Positions 55,001 through 64,000 of a stretch of 64,000 bases of DNA are shown here, piece after piece (the first letter of the stretch is position 1; every line of letters starts with the position of its first letter). This DNA is from a virus (taxonomy: Duplodnaviria; Caudoviricetes): IMG/VR virus record IMGVR_UViG_3300037634_002636, positions 1 through 64,000 of that record; one strand, written 5' to 3'. Below the pieces are notes generated by a model that saw nothing but the letters and a program-made list of their open reading frames with translations, searched no databases and had not been told where the DNA came from. The translations under genes were made by a program, and so were the position numbers.

Positions 55001-56758
55001 TATACCTAATGAAGGGCTGTGAATCATTAATTCAGCTACCATTTTATCTGTAGATGTAACGCCTATTCTTCTTAATACTCCTTCTGCAACATTCCAAACC
55101 CATTGAAGTGATTGATCTGTAATTTCATCTTGATTAGACTTCTCTTTTTGTATCTCTGCTAATTCCTTTAAAATACGTTTATCTTTATTTGCACTGTATT
55201 CCATTATTTTATGAACAGCGTGACCTCTAGCTGTAGCATTATTAGACTTCTTTTGATATTTATCAACTAACTCTGGATAAGTATATTCTATTTTATCTTG
55301 TGTTAAAGTATCAGTTTCTATATTCTTTTTATTTTTTATGAACTGCCTTTTTGCTGCATATTCAGAATTAACAGTATCACTGTCTTGTCCCATAATATTG
55401 ACTTTAACAAAGTGTGTTAACCTTTGAAATATGCCTGATCTACCTTCATATTCAGATTCATCTGTAGATAATCTTACTTTTTCTGTATCTCTTGCACTTT
55501 CTAAAGTTGATATAGTATCCCCTTCAACTATTTTTTCTACAGATGGTTTCTCATCAATACTTATATCATCTTCTATAACTTGATATTGAGCATTAGCATT
55601 AAAATTAGTTGGATCAGCATCAAAATTAAAAGCAACATCATTATCAACACGTCTGATTAAACCTGGAAAGTATTTTTCATATTGATCAATAATTCTAATA
55701 TTCTTATCTAATACTTCTTTATTTATTTTAATTTCACCTGGTAAGGTATCTACAATACCATAATATCCTCGAACTTGTCCCGGTGTTACAATATTATCTT
55801 GTTGAAGACGTTTTAAGAAATTTCTTTTAGTTACTCTTCTAGGAGCATTAGTAAACTCTGATAATTCTGTTTCTAATCTAGCATCAGTTTCAACCATAAC
55901 CATAGCTAAATTTCGTAATTTTAATCCTGACAGATCTTTAGGTGTAATAACTGCATCAGAATCATATAATTTTTTTATAAGATTTCCTATTTTTTTAAGT
56001 AATTCAAATATAGCTTGGCCTAATCCTTTACCTTTTTCATCGATCATACCTGCAGCATATTCTCCTATAGCTGTTACAATAGCCTCTTTATAATATTCAT
56101 TTCCCCCTAATTTAGGATATCTATCTTTTACTTTCTTTAATATAGCACGTCCTTCAGGACTATTATGTAACTCTTGCTTCAAAGATTTAAATAAAGCAGG
56201 GTTCTGTGTAAATATAGCTTCAACCCATGGGTGTGCAAACTCATGAAAAGCAGTATCTGCTCTCATATATGCTATATTTATTATAGGAATATCAGCTACA
56301 AATTTACCAGCCCATTTCTTATCTTTTCTATTTATTACTTTAGCTTTAAATCCAAATACTCTTTCTAATCTTTCAACTATTCTTAAAGCAGCTGGTTCAC
56401 CTATTGTCTGAGCATCAGATGTTTTTTGATTCCACTTTATTTGTCTTTCTTCTAACTCTTTATCTTCTATGTCTTGTATTTTATCCTCCACATCCATTAT
56501 ACCACCAAAACGTAAAGAGTCTAGTCTAGGCTCACCGTTTAGGTCCAGATCCATTTCTCCTCGCTCATCCCCTTCATAAGTTGTAAAATCTAGCCAATCT
56601 CCAAACTTATCTATAAATTCATCAGAAAAAATTCTTTTATAAATCTCATCAGCTTTTCTTTCATCTTGAAACACATTTAATAAGCCATTAAAAAGACGAC
56701 TATTAGTTTTTTTCCCTTTATTAGGACCTCTACTTGGTATTATTAATCTACAAGCCAT
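52067..56758 (-). CDS. Large injected virion protein with zincin metallopeptidase and PD-(D/E)xK nuclease domains
   Basis: N-terminal FGDW..DLNGEP motif; HEFAH...KEAIV zincin; RGHAVHKIME..QIDGL..VDWKSG RecB/Cas4-like nuclease. Confidence 0.75.
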   Translation of the reverse strand: MACRLIIPSRGPNKGKKTNSRLFNGLLNVFQDERKADEIYKRIFSDEFIDKFGDWLDFTTYEGDERGEMDLDLNGEPRLDSLRFGGIMDVEDKIQDIEDKELEERQIKWNQKTSDAQTIGEPAALRIVERLERVFGFKAKVINRKDKKWAGKFVADIPIINIAYMRADTAFHEFAHPWVEAIFTQNPALFKSLKQELHNSPEGRAILKKVKDRYPKLGGNEYYKEAIVTAIGEYAAGMIDEKGKGLGQAIFELLKKIGNLIKKLYDSDAVITPKDLSGLKLRNLAMVMVETDARLETELSEFTNAPRRVTKRNFLKRLQQDNIVTPGQVRGYYGIVDTLPGEIKINKEVLDKNIRIIDQYEKYFPGLIRRVDNDVAFNFDADPTNFNANAQYQVIEDDISIDEKPSVEKIVEGDTISTLESARDTEKVRLSTDESEYEGRSGIFQRLTHFVKVNIMGQDSDTVNSEYAAKRQFIKNKKNIETDTLTQDKIEYTYPELVDKYQKKSNNATARGHAVHKIMEYSANKDKRILKELAEIQKEKSNQDEITDQSLQWVWNVAEGVLRRIGVTSTDKMVAELMIHSPSLGIATQIDGLIQHDDGTLSMVDWKSGGYFLNDKTTTEMMRYSNGTLDNVSNSKLSKAMLELALRAIMVKEHMPDAKFRQVIVQHLERNNPFKAPYEVHLKDYLTIVGNYLQAEKPEVYQRLMAADLLNGDNYTTTKIRNSAALSKYDHLPMEEQLQGLEKDIEVLRNKIKTPGMSSDIYEDEELLQVLTNEYLELTKISKESLNSEKDFGNFKTWASSIYNIASPRIQAFAKIFFKATNKYQKRIEDEKQKAQKLFAAVKSEYMADNLGAKAIGALSFGQLSKYSYKDAFSFAFEQRMDGVQTPGVYMISLEDAQKKRANEEITKAQYELLEHLHTTWNTEWNALMEKKMESGVPYSKHIGMHDVDNAVVDGKLHKNFMPRLPMETGEAYERYDDENFITRRWKGTGRVLNNFAAKTFSLFLEENYYGQTDSINAHIPVRYIGSSGIIADELHSFNLENMHYSFVGNLIRKQEMDFVVALGDGLKSFYNTMKRVKGDDDKGWKNYENFMENFIISSVMEERAAGRRDHWSSKQFSIVNPFFDKTKPATLTNRRSFNISLFKIMMAMKHLTTGKALFFKVIAGTVNGLLITMFTVMKGLQGSIAKRAGYHPSAIDLTTSDLIWGSKIVAGYFADQIKNSFTDKPSENKLHNLLRRFKYLPDNYDYAVDNSDMMFLKNKGLSYDKLFFFHAIHEEWGHALFLAAQMRRIKMPDKSSIWDNYNDDGTFMKVKNGKRNIRGVRIEPSGKKTIIDELTEDEIIRMLKTSTDVHGAYRSHERMLLESTSVGVWAVQFKKYLPALLIQEWESRKDDVHLGAFQEFTDENGNRIKQEVEIDGEMVDMDVMDWKTWEHEGRAKLLLKTTIGSLFGGQYTNYKWGNLNERDKHDIIGIHSKFLVYFLMGFALSGMDGDDEDAIFQRLVYLRKDALQGLDPFELARTLKNPFAVITHLNSLIEATSPDAMRKDIPFLSMGYELERYGLIER

Positions 56759-59700
56759 TAGTTACATTTATTTTCGCTGGCAACATGTGCTGCATATCTT
56801 TTAGCTGCAATATTTTTAAAGTTAGATAGTGGTGTATGTTTAGCAAGTGATACTTTCCATTTAATACTATCTTCTGTTTCTACCTTTTCAATACCAGTTA
56901 CAATTGCCTGTACAGCATTAATTCTTAATCTATCATCATGAGTTCTTAATAACATTTTATCTCCCTCTTTTAAACCTTTGACTTCTGAGAATAATTCTAT
57001 AGATTCTGTTGTAATATCATTTACAGGTCTCACTAAAGTATTTTTCTTAAAATGATCATTAATTGAATAAGGTTCTGATAAATATGCTTCTTTAACACTA
57101 TATAAACTAGAAGTAGCTGATCCCTTTGCTATTGTTTGATAATATGCATTACCTCCTGTACCATCCTTTTTTACATCAGAATGTACTAAAACATAAACTT
57201 GACCATAGTTAGGGTTAGATATAAATCTAGGCGGCGAAGGTAATAAATTTTGATCAATTTTCAAATCATAAAATACAGTTTCTCCAGTTGTTAAATCTTT
57301 TCTTCTAGTTCCAAATATAGAATTATTCTCGGAAACAACTGCTTGACTTATTTTTTTACTACTTAAAGATGCAATTTGATTAATATTACTTAAAGCATAC
57401 TGAACCATAAAAGACTCTTTACTATTTTCTAGTCTAGTACTAATTCCTGTTTTTGTATTTACTTCACGTTTAACTAATTTAAATAATAAATCAGATCTTT
57501 TCTTATCGTATCCAATAGAACCCTTTTCTCTAGCTCCATATAGTTCTGGACGCATTAACATAGTTATATTACTAGCAGCAAAAAGCATTCCTTCTTTAGC
57601 TATTGTATATAATAATAAAGACTCTTGTAATTTAGGATTTAATCTACTAAAGTCAGAATAAACTTGGACTAATTCTGGTTGTAATATTCCTTTAGAATTT
57701 CCAACTATATATTTAATACCCCGTCTATCTGTTTTAACAGATATTCTATTTATAAAAGAGTTTGATGCTATTTCTGATTTAAGATGTGCTATCTCTTCTG
57801 CTACTCTATGCGATAAGGCTTCAGTACCTGACGCAATTGTTTCTATATCTCCTCTTTTTATAATAATTGGATCTATAGCTGTTGTGTCAACTAATGACGA
57901 CGCTAAATATCTAATAAACTCTTCTCTTATTATTTTATATTTCTCAGTAGCTGTTGTATTATCTTCTGATTTAGAAGTTAAACCTAGTATATCAGATATC
58001 TCTTCTGCATATTTCACAAGTCCTGGATTATTCACATCTAAAATGTGCCCTGACATACTATATAAATGGTCTGAAGTTTCTCTTGCTGCTTTTAAATGTG
58101 GTAATGCTGTTTCTATACCGGATATCTCTAAAGATAAATTAGAATCCTCATTAAACATTTCTGCCATATCTCTTGTCAGATCTGTTAATTCCTCATGATT
58201 AGAAGGTAATTTCCTAAGTATATTTAAAGTAGTTGCAACTTTAGTTAAATCTGAACCAAACTTATTAAGACCTCTTTTTTTACCCCCAGGACTTAATAAT
58301 TCCAACACTTTTAATTGGAATAATAAATCTGGAACAGTGGTACCTAATTGTTTATCTAAGCTATTTTTAAATTTAGGATTAGTTCTTTTTATACCTTTTG
58401 ATAGTTTTTGACTAATAAGTTTAATCTCAGCATATTGGCTCTCTAACGCTTTTGCAGTATAATTACTTTCCGCCAACTTTTTATTAATAAGCTCTCTAAC
58501 TTGTGTTGCGCCTTTACTAAAATCTTTTGGATTCAATCTAGCCGCCTCTTTAACTGCCGGTTGTAGTAAAATCCTTACAGCTGTATGTAATGGAACCCCT
58601 GTACCTATCATAACATAGAACATAGAAGCAGTAGCCCGATTCATATTAATAATATTTAATATCTGCTCTTTAGCATTATCAATTGCTGCATTAATTATAG
58701 AGTCCATAGTAGCCCAAATAGTATTAGTGCTAAACTTATTTTTTGGGTGTTTTTCATATCTAGATAACTCACTATATGTTACACCATCTATTTCAAAACT
58801 AAATGGAATTATATCTATAGTACCATCTTTTTGTTGTGTTCTACTATGAATTAAATAAGAAGGGCCTCCATCTCTAGCTGCCTCCATCATATATACCAAA
58901 GCTTTCATTGCATTAGCTCCTGCACCTGTTAATATAGATCCTTGTTGATTACTTTGATGCATATATAACTCATCTAAAGGATTAGATAAATCTCTAGTTT
59001 CGTATAATTGTGAATGGTCTTCTTTTAAAACTAATCCCAAATCTTTAGATATTATATCAAATACAGAATTATTAATATCTACACCGTTAACTACATCACC
59101 TTTAAGATTATTCATAGTAATAGGAGATAAAATAGAGTTTCTATTTTCAGGTTTTTTTAGAACCTTTAAATAAATATCCAACATTTTATTTTTTAAAGCT
59201 GCTTGTTGAACTGTTTCAAGTATTTTAAGTAATTTTTTATGCGCTTTTTTTGTTTCTTTAAAAATTTCTATATCCTCTGAAACTATTGATTGTCCAATTT
59301 TTGTATTAAGTTCTTTAAGCTTATTTTTAATCTCATTCATATCAATAATTAAATTAGCTAAGAACTTATCATCGGACGGAATTACATCACCAGTTGTAAA
59401 GTATAGTTTATCATTTCTAGATACTAATCCTTTATCAGAATTTGTATATAATTTATTACCAGATTTTGATGTATCTGTAGCATGAGCTTTTCGTATTACA
59501 AACAAAGAATCTACATCAAAATCTGACCCATGTATAGTCTGCAGCTCTTTAGGTGCAATAACAACATTAGTATCTAAACTATCATAAAATCCAACTACTT
59601 TAAGTGCTACAGAGGAATGTAGTTCAGTAGAAGGTATACGGAATCCCATCATATATTCGTTTTGATATATCTCATCTCCTATTTTAAATTTCTTTGAATG

Positions 59701-62700
59701 TACTCTAGGCATTAGCACCTCTGCATATGGTCTATCAGCTGTAATATGCTTTAAAGGTCTTTCTATAATACCACTGTCTTTTATATATGCATCAAGAGTC
59801 ACCCCTGCTTCTGCGGCTAGATCTATAAGATCATCTTGTAATAACACTTCTCCAAGTTGTGTTTCATATACACTAGCTCCATATCCAGTTTGCAGAACTA
59901 GTTTAGAGCCTGGAAATTTAATTTTTATAGTGGCTTTAGATAGCGCAGAAGATAATACAGAAAATACCTTATTAACTACTCCTGGGAAGTTTATAGTAAC
60001 CGCTGGATTACCATTAACATCTTTTGCATGTAAAATTTCTGCTTCTTTATGTGCAGACTCTTGTATTTTAGTTCCTTGTAAAATCTTCTTTCTTATTTTT
60101 GCTTCTACAGATTTTCTACGTGCAGGCTTTAGATTTGAAAAATCTCTTATTTGACCATTACTCATTAACCCTATACCATGAAAAAATTCTTTAGTTCCTA
60201 AATCTATTATTTGCGCCATAGTTTCATAATACTCCTGAGCTTCTACAGAATTTAAACCATTTGTATTAATCATATAAGCTAACTGACTGGGATTACTAAC
60301 TAAAGTATTAGCATCATGTACTGGATCTAACTGAAGTCTAAGATATTTGTTATTTAATGTCTTTATAGAATTAGGATTAATTTTTGGAGCTAATTTAAAG
60401 CCTTTCTTACCAGGTCTCCATGGAGAGTATCCATGCTTTGATAAATCTTCTTTATTAGGAGCGCCAATCTTAACAGCTGATTTCATTACTAGTTCATCTA
60501 CTTCAGAACCTTCCATAACATCTCTTAATGCTTTTAATCCTTTATGCTTACTAACTAAATCGTTTGTTAAAACTACAGTAGAATATTTTAAAGCTATTTG
60601 ATCGCCATTCTCATCAATACCATAATATACAGGCTTCATAACTGTTCCTGCTTTCAATCCTCCTCCAAAACCTTTACGTAAATCCTTTAATCTACTAGGT
60701 AATACAAACCCTTGGCCATCTGCTAATTCAAATGCTTTATCTAATCCTAAGTCTTTTAAATCTTTTAATAAAGCTGTTCTTTCTTTTGGTGCTAAGAAAT
60801 CAAATGCTGTTCCTTGAGGATCTTCCATTACAGCAACTCTAAATGTGTTTTTCATACCTATAATAGGATTAACAAAACCTCTATATCCAGGCGCAAAAGC
60901 AATAGACATACGCTTCACTACGTCATAAGAGTCTTTAAATTTAGCAGTGTCTCCTAATACTATTTGATTTAAGAAAAAAGAATTAATAGCGTAATTAGCA
61001 ACAAATACAGAAGCTAAATCTTTATTATTTTCTTGTAATTCTTTTTCTGCTTTTTTACCTTTAGGTTTCTTTAAATATTTTTTATCTCTTAAATTAGCTC
61101 TAGCACTAGCAAGATCAGAAGATATTCTATCAAATAAACCTTCAGTTTGCATTTTAGTAACTAATTCGTCTGTTCTTTTATTAAATTCTTCAAGAATTCG
61201 AGATACCTTTTGTGCTTTATTTAAATTTGAATTATTTAATATATTAGAAAATACAAGAGATTTTTTTATTGGTTTCTTATGGTACTGCTCAACGATTGCT
61301 TTAACAGCTTCTACAATCTGTTGGTCAGTTAATAACTGTACTTGAGCTGCTTTAGGAGATGATTTGTCTGAAACAGTAGTTAATTGTTGTGTATAATATA
61401 AACTATCTTTAGATTCTTTTAAACCATTAACAAACCAATAATTAAAATTTCTATCTAACCACCCTTTTTCAGATTCTTGAGAATACGTTACCGGGGTGTA
61501 TTTACGTTTTTTATCTATAATACCATCCCAATCATGTATCTCTCTTAGTTCACTTTTACCGTTGGCAAATATATTAAATTGATAAATGTTATCATACGAT
61601 TTTGTATTTTTCTGTAGATGTAAAGGTGTACTGTCTTTTCTATTACTTATAATACCACTCAAAATATCTATACCAAAAGAACTATTATGATAAGCATATA
61701 TGGTTTTACCCTCAACGTTTCTAATGCTATGTGCTTTAGTTCCTTCATGCTCTAATTTTAACATGTCTCCTAAAGCTTCAACAAATGTTTTTTCATCATC
61801 TAATAAATCACTGATAGTAAATAAAGGATAAACTTCTCTACCTTTATCATTAACTATTTTTTTAGCGCTTTGATCTCTTTTACCTACTTTAGGAACCTCT
61901 TTAAGAAATCCTTCTAATTTCATAATAACATTATCTAACTCTTTAGGACTGAGGATAACTTTCTCTGCAGGATATCCTATTAAGTTCATAAAGTTTTTAG
62001 CTATTTCCCTTTTATCTGCTTCTTTGATGGCTTTTCCTTTATTTTGAATCTTAGCTAATATCTTAGGAGCATTATTTTGTATTTTAACTATGTGTTCTTC
62101 AATAAAATTTTGAATATCAGAACTTATTATAGATCTTGTTCCAAATTCTTTATGTTTATAATATCTTAATGATTTTTTTGATTGTTTAGTGTCAGAGTCA
62201 AATTTATACTCATAATCACCCATCATGAAGTTTTCCTCTCTTAAACTTGCAGTATTAACAAATATATTCTTTAAATCTCTGTCGGCTTTATTCTTACGAT
62301 TTAAGGCTATTAATAGCTCTGCAGGTACTCCTATACCTTTTGAGTTCAACTCTTCATATATACGATAATAATAATCTTCTGAAGCCTCCCCTTTCTTTCT
62401 TGCTATAGCAGAATGAATATCTTGTTGTTTTATGTCATAAAGAATATCACTAGCTTCAACCTTAATATCTTCTGAATAAACAAATAAATCATTATTGACA
62501 AAATGCATGTTTTTAGGCATAGGAAGTATACTTGTTTTATTTTCAGCATTTTCTAATTTCTTTTGAAGTCTTTTTCTTTTTGCTTTAATTGCCTTAGTTT
62601 TACCTTTTAATTCAGATAATTCTTTTCGTAATCTTATAGCATCTGCTCTCCCTTCGCCAACAATAACTTGATTCATAAACGCTGTGTCTATTAAATCAAC

Positions 62701-63999
62701 TATAGCTTCTTTTACAGCCCATCCAGCACTGCCCTTTTTATGGCCAAGTGAGTTAGACTTAGCTACTATATTCCTTCTAAATTCTAAATAATTAATTGAA
62801 TCTGTATCACTTAACATTTGTAGTATCTTATAGTAAGCATGTGGAATAGTCAATCTTTTTGTTTTTCCATCTGCTGTTTGATAAGTTATACCTGTTAAAA
62901 ACTCTATAACAGATTCTGTAAGGTTTTTATTATGATCTTTTGAATTTGCATTTTCAATCACATCCATTAAGTTAACAGTATCTAAATATGTGTCTTCTTC
63001 TAATTCATATCCTTGTGTAAATTGATCTCTTTGATATACATCAGCAAACATATATTTAGCTAATCTTTTATTACCTAATGCTTTTACTCCTTTATAAGCA
63101 TTCATTTGATGTATATTTAAATTATCAAGTCCTATTTTCTCAAATGCTTCTATTTGCTCTGGTACAAGATCGTCAATTAAATACTCTAAAGCCTCGTCTC
63201 TAGACATTGGTGTCTCTGATATAGTACCACTTTCATGATCTACTTCAGATATAATATAAGTACCGTCTAAGGTTACTGAATCATACTGTCCTAGTAATGA
63301 AGACATTCCTATAACAAATCTAGATCTAGCTTCTCTATATATTTCAATAGAACCCCAATTCTTTTCAATATCTTGGTAATTCATATTAGTATCTATAGGA
63401 TCTCCTACCATTCTTTTACCAGAGAAATAACCAGAATCTATATTATCAAATAATTTTTCTATATTATCTGCATTCTTATTAATGAATCCTAAAAATTTAG
63501 CTATCTTTTTAAATATACGTCTTATTACAGCTGGGACACTATTCTCATTTCGTCTAAACTTCATAAACTCTCGTGCTAATCTTTCCTCAACTTCAGAGTT
63601 AGTCATAAAGGCAGGTAAATTATATTTAACACGAGCTGTGCTAAACAAAATTTCTCTTTCTTTTTTAGTTAAATAATATGATACAATTTTATGAAATACC
63701 TCATGCCTAATTACGTTATCTAATATCCCATCTCTTTCCTCTAATAAAAATATTCTTTGATTTATAAACTTTCCTAATACATCACTACTTTCAGATAATT
63801 CTAACATTCTTAATGAGTCTAAAAACACTACATTACCTGGTATTAAATCGCCATGCTTATTAAATAGATCAGGTAATAAACTCTTAAGCAACCATTTAGC
63901 GTCGTCTTTAGTTATATAATCACCTTTTAATCCTTCTTCAGTACCTTCATCTCTAAATTCATCGCCTGTAAGAGAATCAGTTCCTCCTAAATTACCTCT
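56758..63999 (-). CDS. Virion-packaged double-psi-barrel RNA polymerase (phi14:2 gp66-like) fused to a zincin; 5' end beyond the window
   Basis: Catalytic loop GSDFDVDSLF preceded by FRIPS; ADGQGF, MKPVY..LKYS, SAVKIG; N-terminal RHEVFH...EERLA zincin. The frame stays open from 63891 to the window edge. Confidence 0.85.
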   Translation of the reverse strand, partial: RGNLGGTDSLTGDEFRDEGTEEGLKGDYITKDDAKWLLKSLLPDLFNKHGDLIPGNVVFLDSLRMLELSESSDVLGKFINQRIFLLEERDGILDNVIRHEVFHKIVSYYLTKKEREILFSTARVKYNLPAFMTNSEVEERLAREFMKFRRNENSVPAVIRRIFKKIAKFLGFINKNADNIEKLFDNIDSGYFSGKRMVGDPIDTNMNYQDIEKNWGSIEIYREARSRFVIGMSSLLGQYDSVTLDGTYIISEVDHESGTISETPMSRDEALEYLIDDLVPEQIEAFEKIGLDNLNIHQMNAYKGVKALGNKRLAKYMFADVYQRDQFTQGYELEEDTYLDTVNLMDVIENANSKDHNKNLTESVIEFLTGITYQTADGKTKRLTIPHAYYKILQMLSDTDSINYLEFRRNIVAKSNSLGHKKGSAGWAVKEAIVDLIDTAFMNQVIVGEGRADAIRLRKELSELKGKTKAIKAKRKRLQKKLENAENKTSILPMPKNMHFVNNDLFVYSEDIKVEASDILYDIKQQDIHSAIARKKGEASEDYYYRIYEELNSKGIGVPAELLIALNRKNKADRDLKNIFVNTASLREENFMMGDYEYKFDSDTKQSKKSLRYYKHKEFGTRSIISSDIQNFIEEHIVKIQNNAPKILAKIQNKGKAIKEADKREIAKNFMNLIGYPAEKVILSPKELDNVIMKLEGFLKEVPKVGKRDQSAKKIVNDKGREVYPLFTISDLLDDEKTFVEALGDMLKLEHEGTKAHSIRNVEGKTIYAYHNSSFGIDILSGIISNRKDSTPLHLQKNTKSYDNIYQFNIFANGKSELREIHDWDGIIDKKRKYTPVTYSQESEKGWLDRNFNYWFVNGLKESKDSLYYTQQLTTVSDKSSPKAAQVQLLTDQQIVEAVKAIVEQYHKKPIKKSLVFSNILNNSNLNKAQKVSRILEEFNKRTDELVTKMQTEGLFDRISSDLASARANLRDKKYLKKPKGKKAEKELQENNKDLASVFVANYAINSFFLNQIVLGDTAKFKDSYDVVKRMSIAFAPGYRGFVNPIIGMKNTFRVAVMEDPQGTAFDFLAPKERTALLKDLKDLGLDKAFELADGQGFVLPSRLKDLRKGFGGGLKAGTVMKPVYYGIDENGDQIALKYSTVVLTNDLVSKHKGLKALRDVMEGSEVDELVMKSAVKIGAPNKEDLSKHGYSPWRPGKKGFKLAPKINPNSIKTLNNKYLRLQLDPVHDANTLVSNPSQLAYMINTNGLNSVEAQEYYETMAQIIDLGTKEFFHGIGLMSNGQIRDFSNLKPARRKSVEAKIRKKILQGTKIQESAHKEAEILHAKDVNGNPAVTINFPGVVNKVFSVLSSALSKATIKIKFPGSKLVLQTGYGASVYETQLGEVLLQDDLIDLAAEAGVTLDAYIKDSGIIERPLKHITADRPYAEVLMPRVHSKKFKIGDEIYQNEYMMGFRIPSTELHSSVALKVVGFYDSLDTNVVIAPKELQTIHGSDFDVDSLFVIRKAHATDTSKSGNKLYTNSDKGLVSRNDKLYFTTGDVIPSDDKFLANLIIDMNEIKNKLKELNTKIGQSIVSEDIEIFKETKKAHKKLLKILETVQQAALKNKMLDIYLKVLKKPENRNSILSPITMNNLKGDVVNGVDINNSVFDIISKDLGLVLKEDHSQLYETRDLSNPLDELYMHQSNQQGSILTGAGANAMKALVYMMEAARDGGPSYLIHSRTQQKDGTIDIIPFSFEIDGVTYSELSRYEKHPKNKFSTNTIWATMDSIINAAIDNAKEQILNIINMNRATASMFYVMIGTGVPLHTAVRILLQPAVKEAARLNPKDFSKGATQVRELINKKLAESNYTAKALESQYAEIKLISQKLSKGIKRTNPKFKNSLDKQLGTTVPDLLFQLKVLELLSPGGKKRGLNKFGSDLTKVATTLNILRKLPSNHEELTDLTRDMAEMFNEDSNLSLEISGIETALPHLKAARETSDHLYSMSGHILDVNNPGLVKYAEEISDILGLTSKSEDNTTATEKYKIIREEFIRYLASSLVDTTAIDPIIIKRGDIETIASGTEALSHRVAEEIAHLKSEIASNSFINRISVKTDRRGIKYIVGNSKGILQPELVQVYSDFSRLNPKLQESLLLYTIAKEGMLFAASNITMLMRPELYGAREKGSIGYDKKRSDLLFKLVKREVNTKTGISTRLENSKESFMVQYALSNINQIASLSSKKISQAVVSENNSIFGTRRKDLTTGETVFYDLKIDQNLLPSPPRFISNPNYGQVYVLVHSDVKKDGTGGNAYYQTIAKGSATSSLYSVKEAYLSEPYSINDHFKKNTLVRPVNDITTESIELFSEVKGLKEGDKMLLRTHDDRLRINAVQAIVTGIEKVETEDSIKWKVSLAKHTPLSNFKNIAAKRYAAHVASENKCN

Positions 64000-64000
64000 T

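Noticed and set aside
57884-63676. Plus-strand ORFs inside the RNAP gene
   Set aside because: Antisense shadows of a long conserved CDS
1-64000. Stop-codon reassignment as in some gut crAss-like phages
   Set aside because: All large genes are intact in code 11, and TAG and TGA are both used as real stops

Overview
This AT-rich 64-kb window is part of a lytic crAss-like (Crassvirales-related, Cellulophaga phi14:2-type) podophage genome. The host is probably Bacteroidota/Flavobacteriia, judged from TAnnTTTG promoter boxes and A-rich translation starts without Shine-Dalgarno sites. It has three blocks. (1) 1-31.2 kb, minus strand: late/virion genes, including tail fibres, a 2557-aa SprB-repeat protein, tail ring protein, major capsid protein, scaffold, a 1532-aa multi-hydrolase cargo protein, portal, TerL, an HU/IHF-like protein, GroES and a LamG protein. 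(2) 31.6-52.0 kb, plus strand: early and replication genes, including a CHAP lipoprotein, PolA, SF2 and DnaB helicases, a Sak4-like ATPase, primase, a resolvase-like nuclease, rIIA/rIIB-like genes, a 5'-3' exonuclease and a SET-domain protein. (3) 52.1-64 kb, minus strand: giant injected proteins, namely a zincin + PD-(D/E)xK protein and a zincin-fused virion RNA polymerase truncated by the window edge. The least-explained signal is non-coding. A ~235-nt multi-branch RNA heads the late operon. A promoter- and terminator-bounded sRNA carries a loop-exposed 13-nt seed complementary to the capsid mRNA 3' UTR. Four related H-type pseudoknots and several stem-closed elements lie in front of early genes. 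All domain calls come from motif recognition by eye and all folds are manual; no database searches were run.
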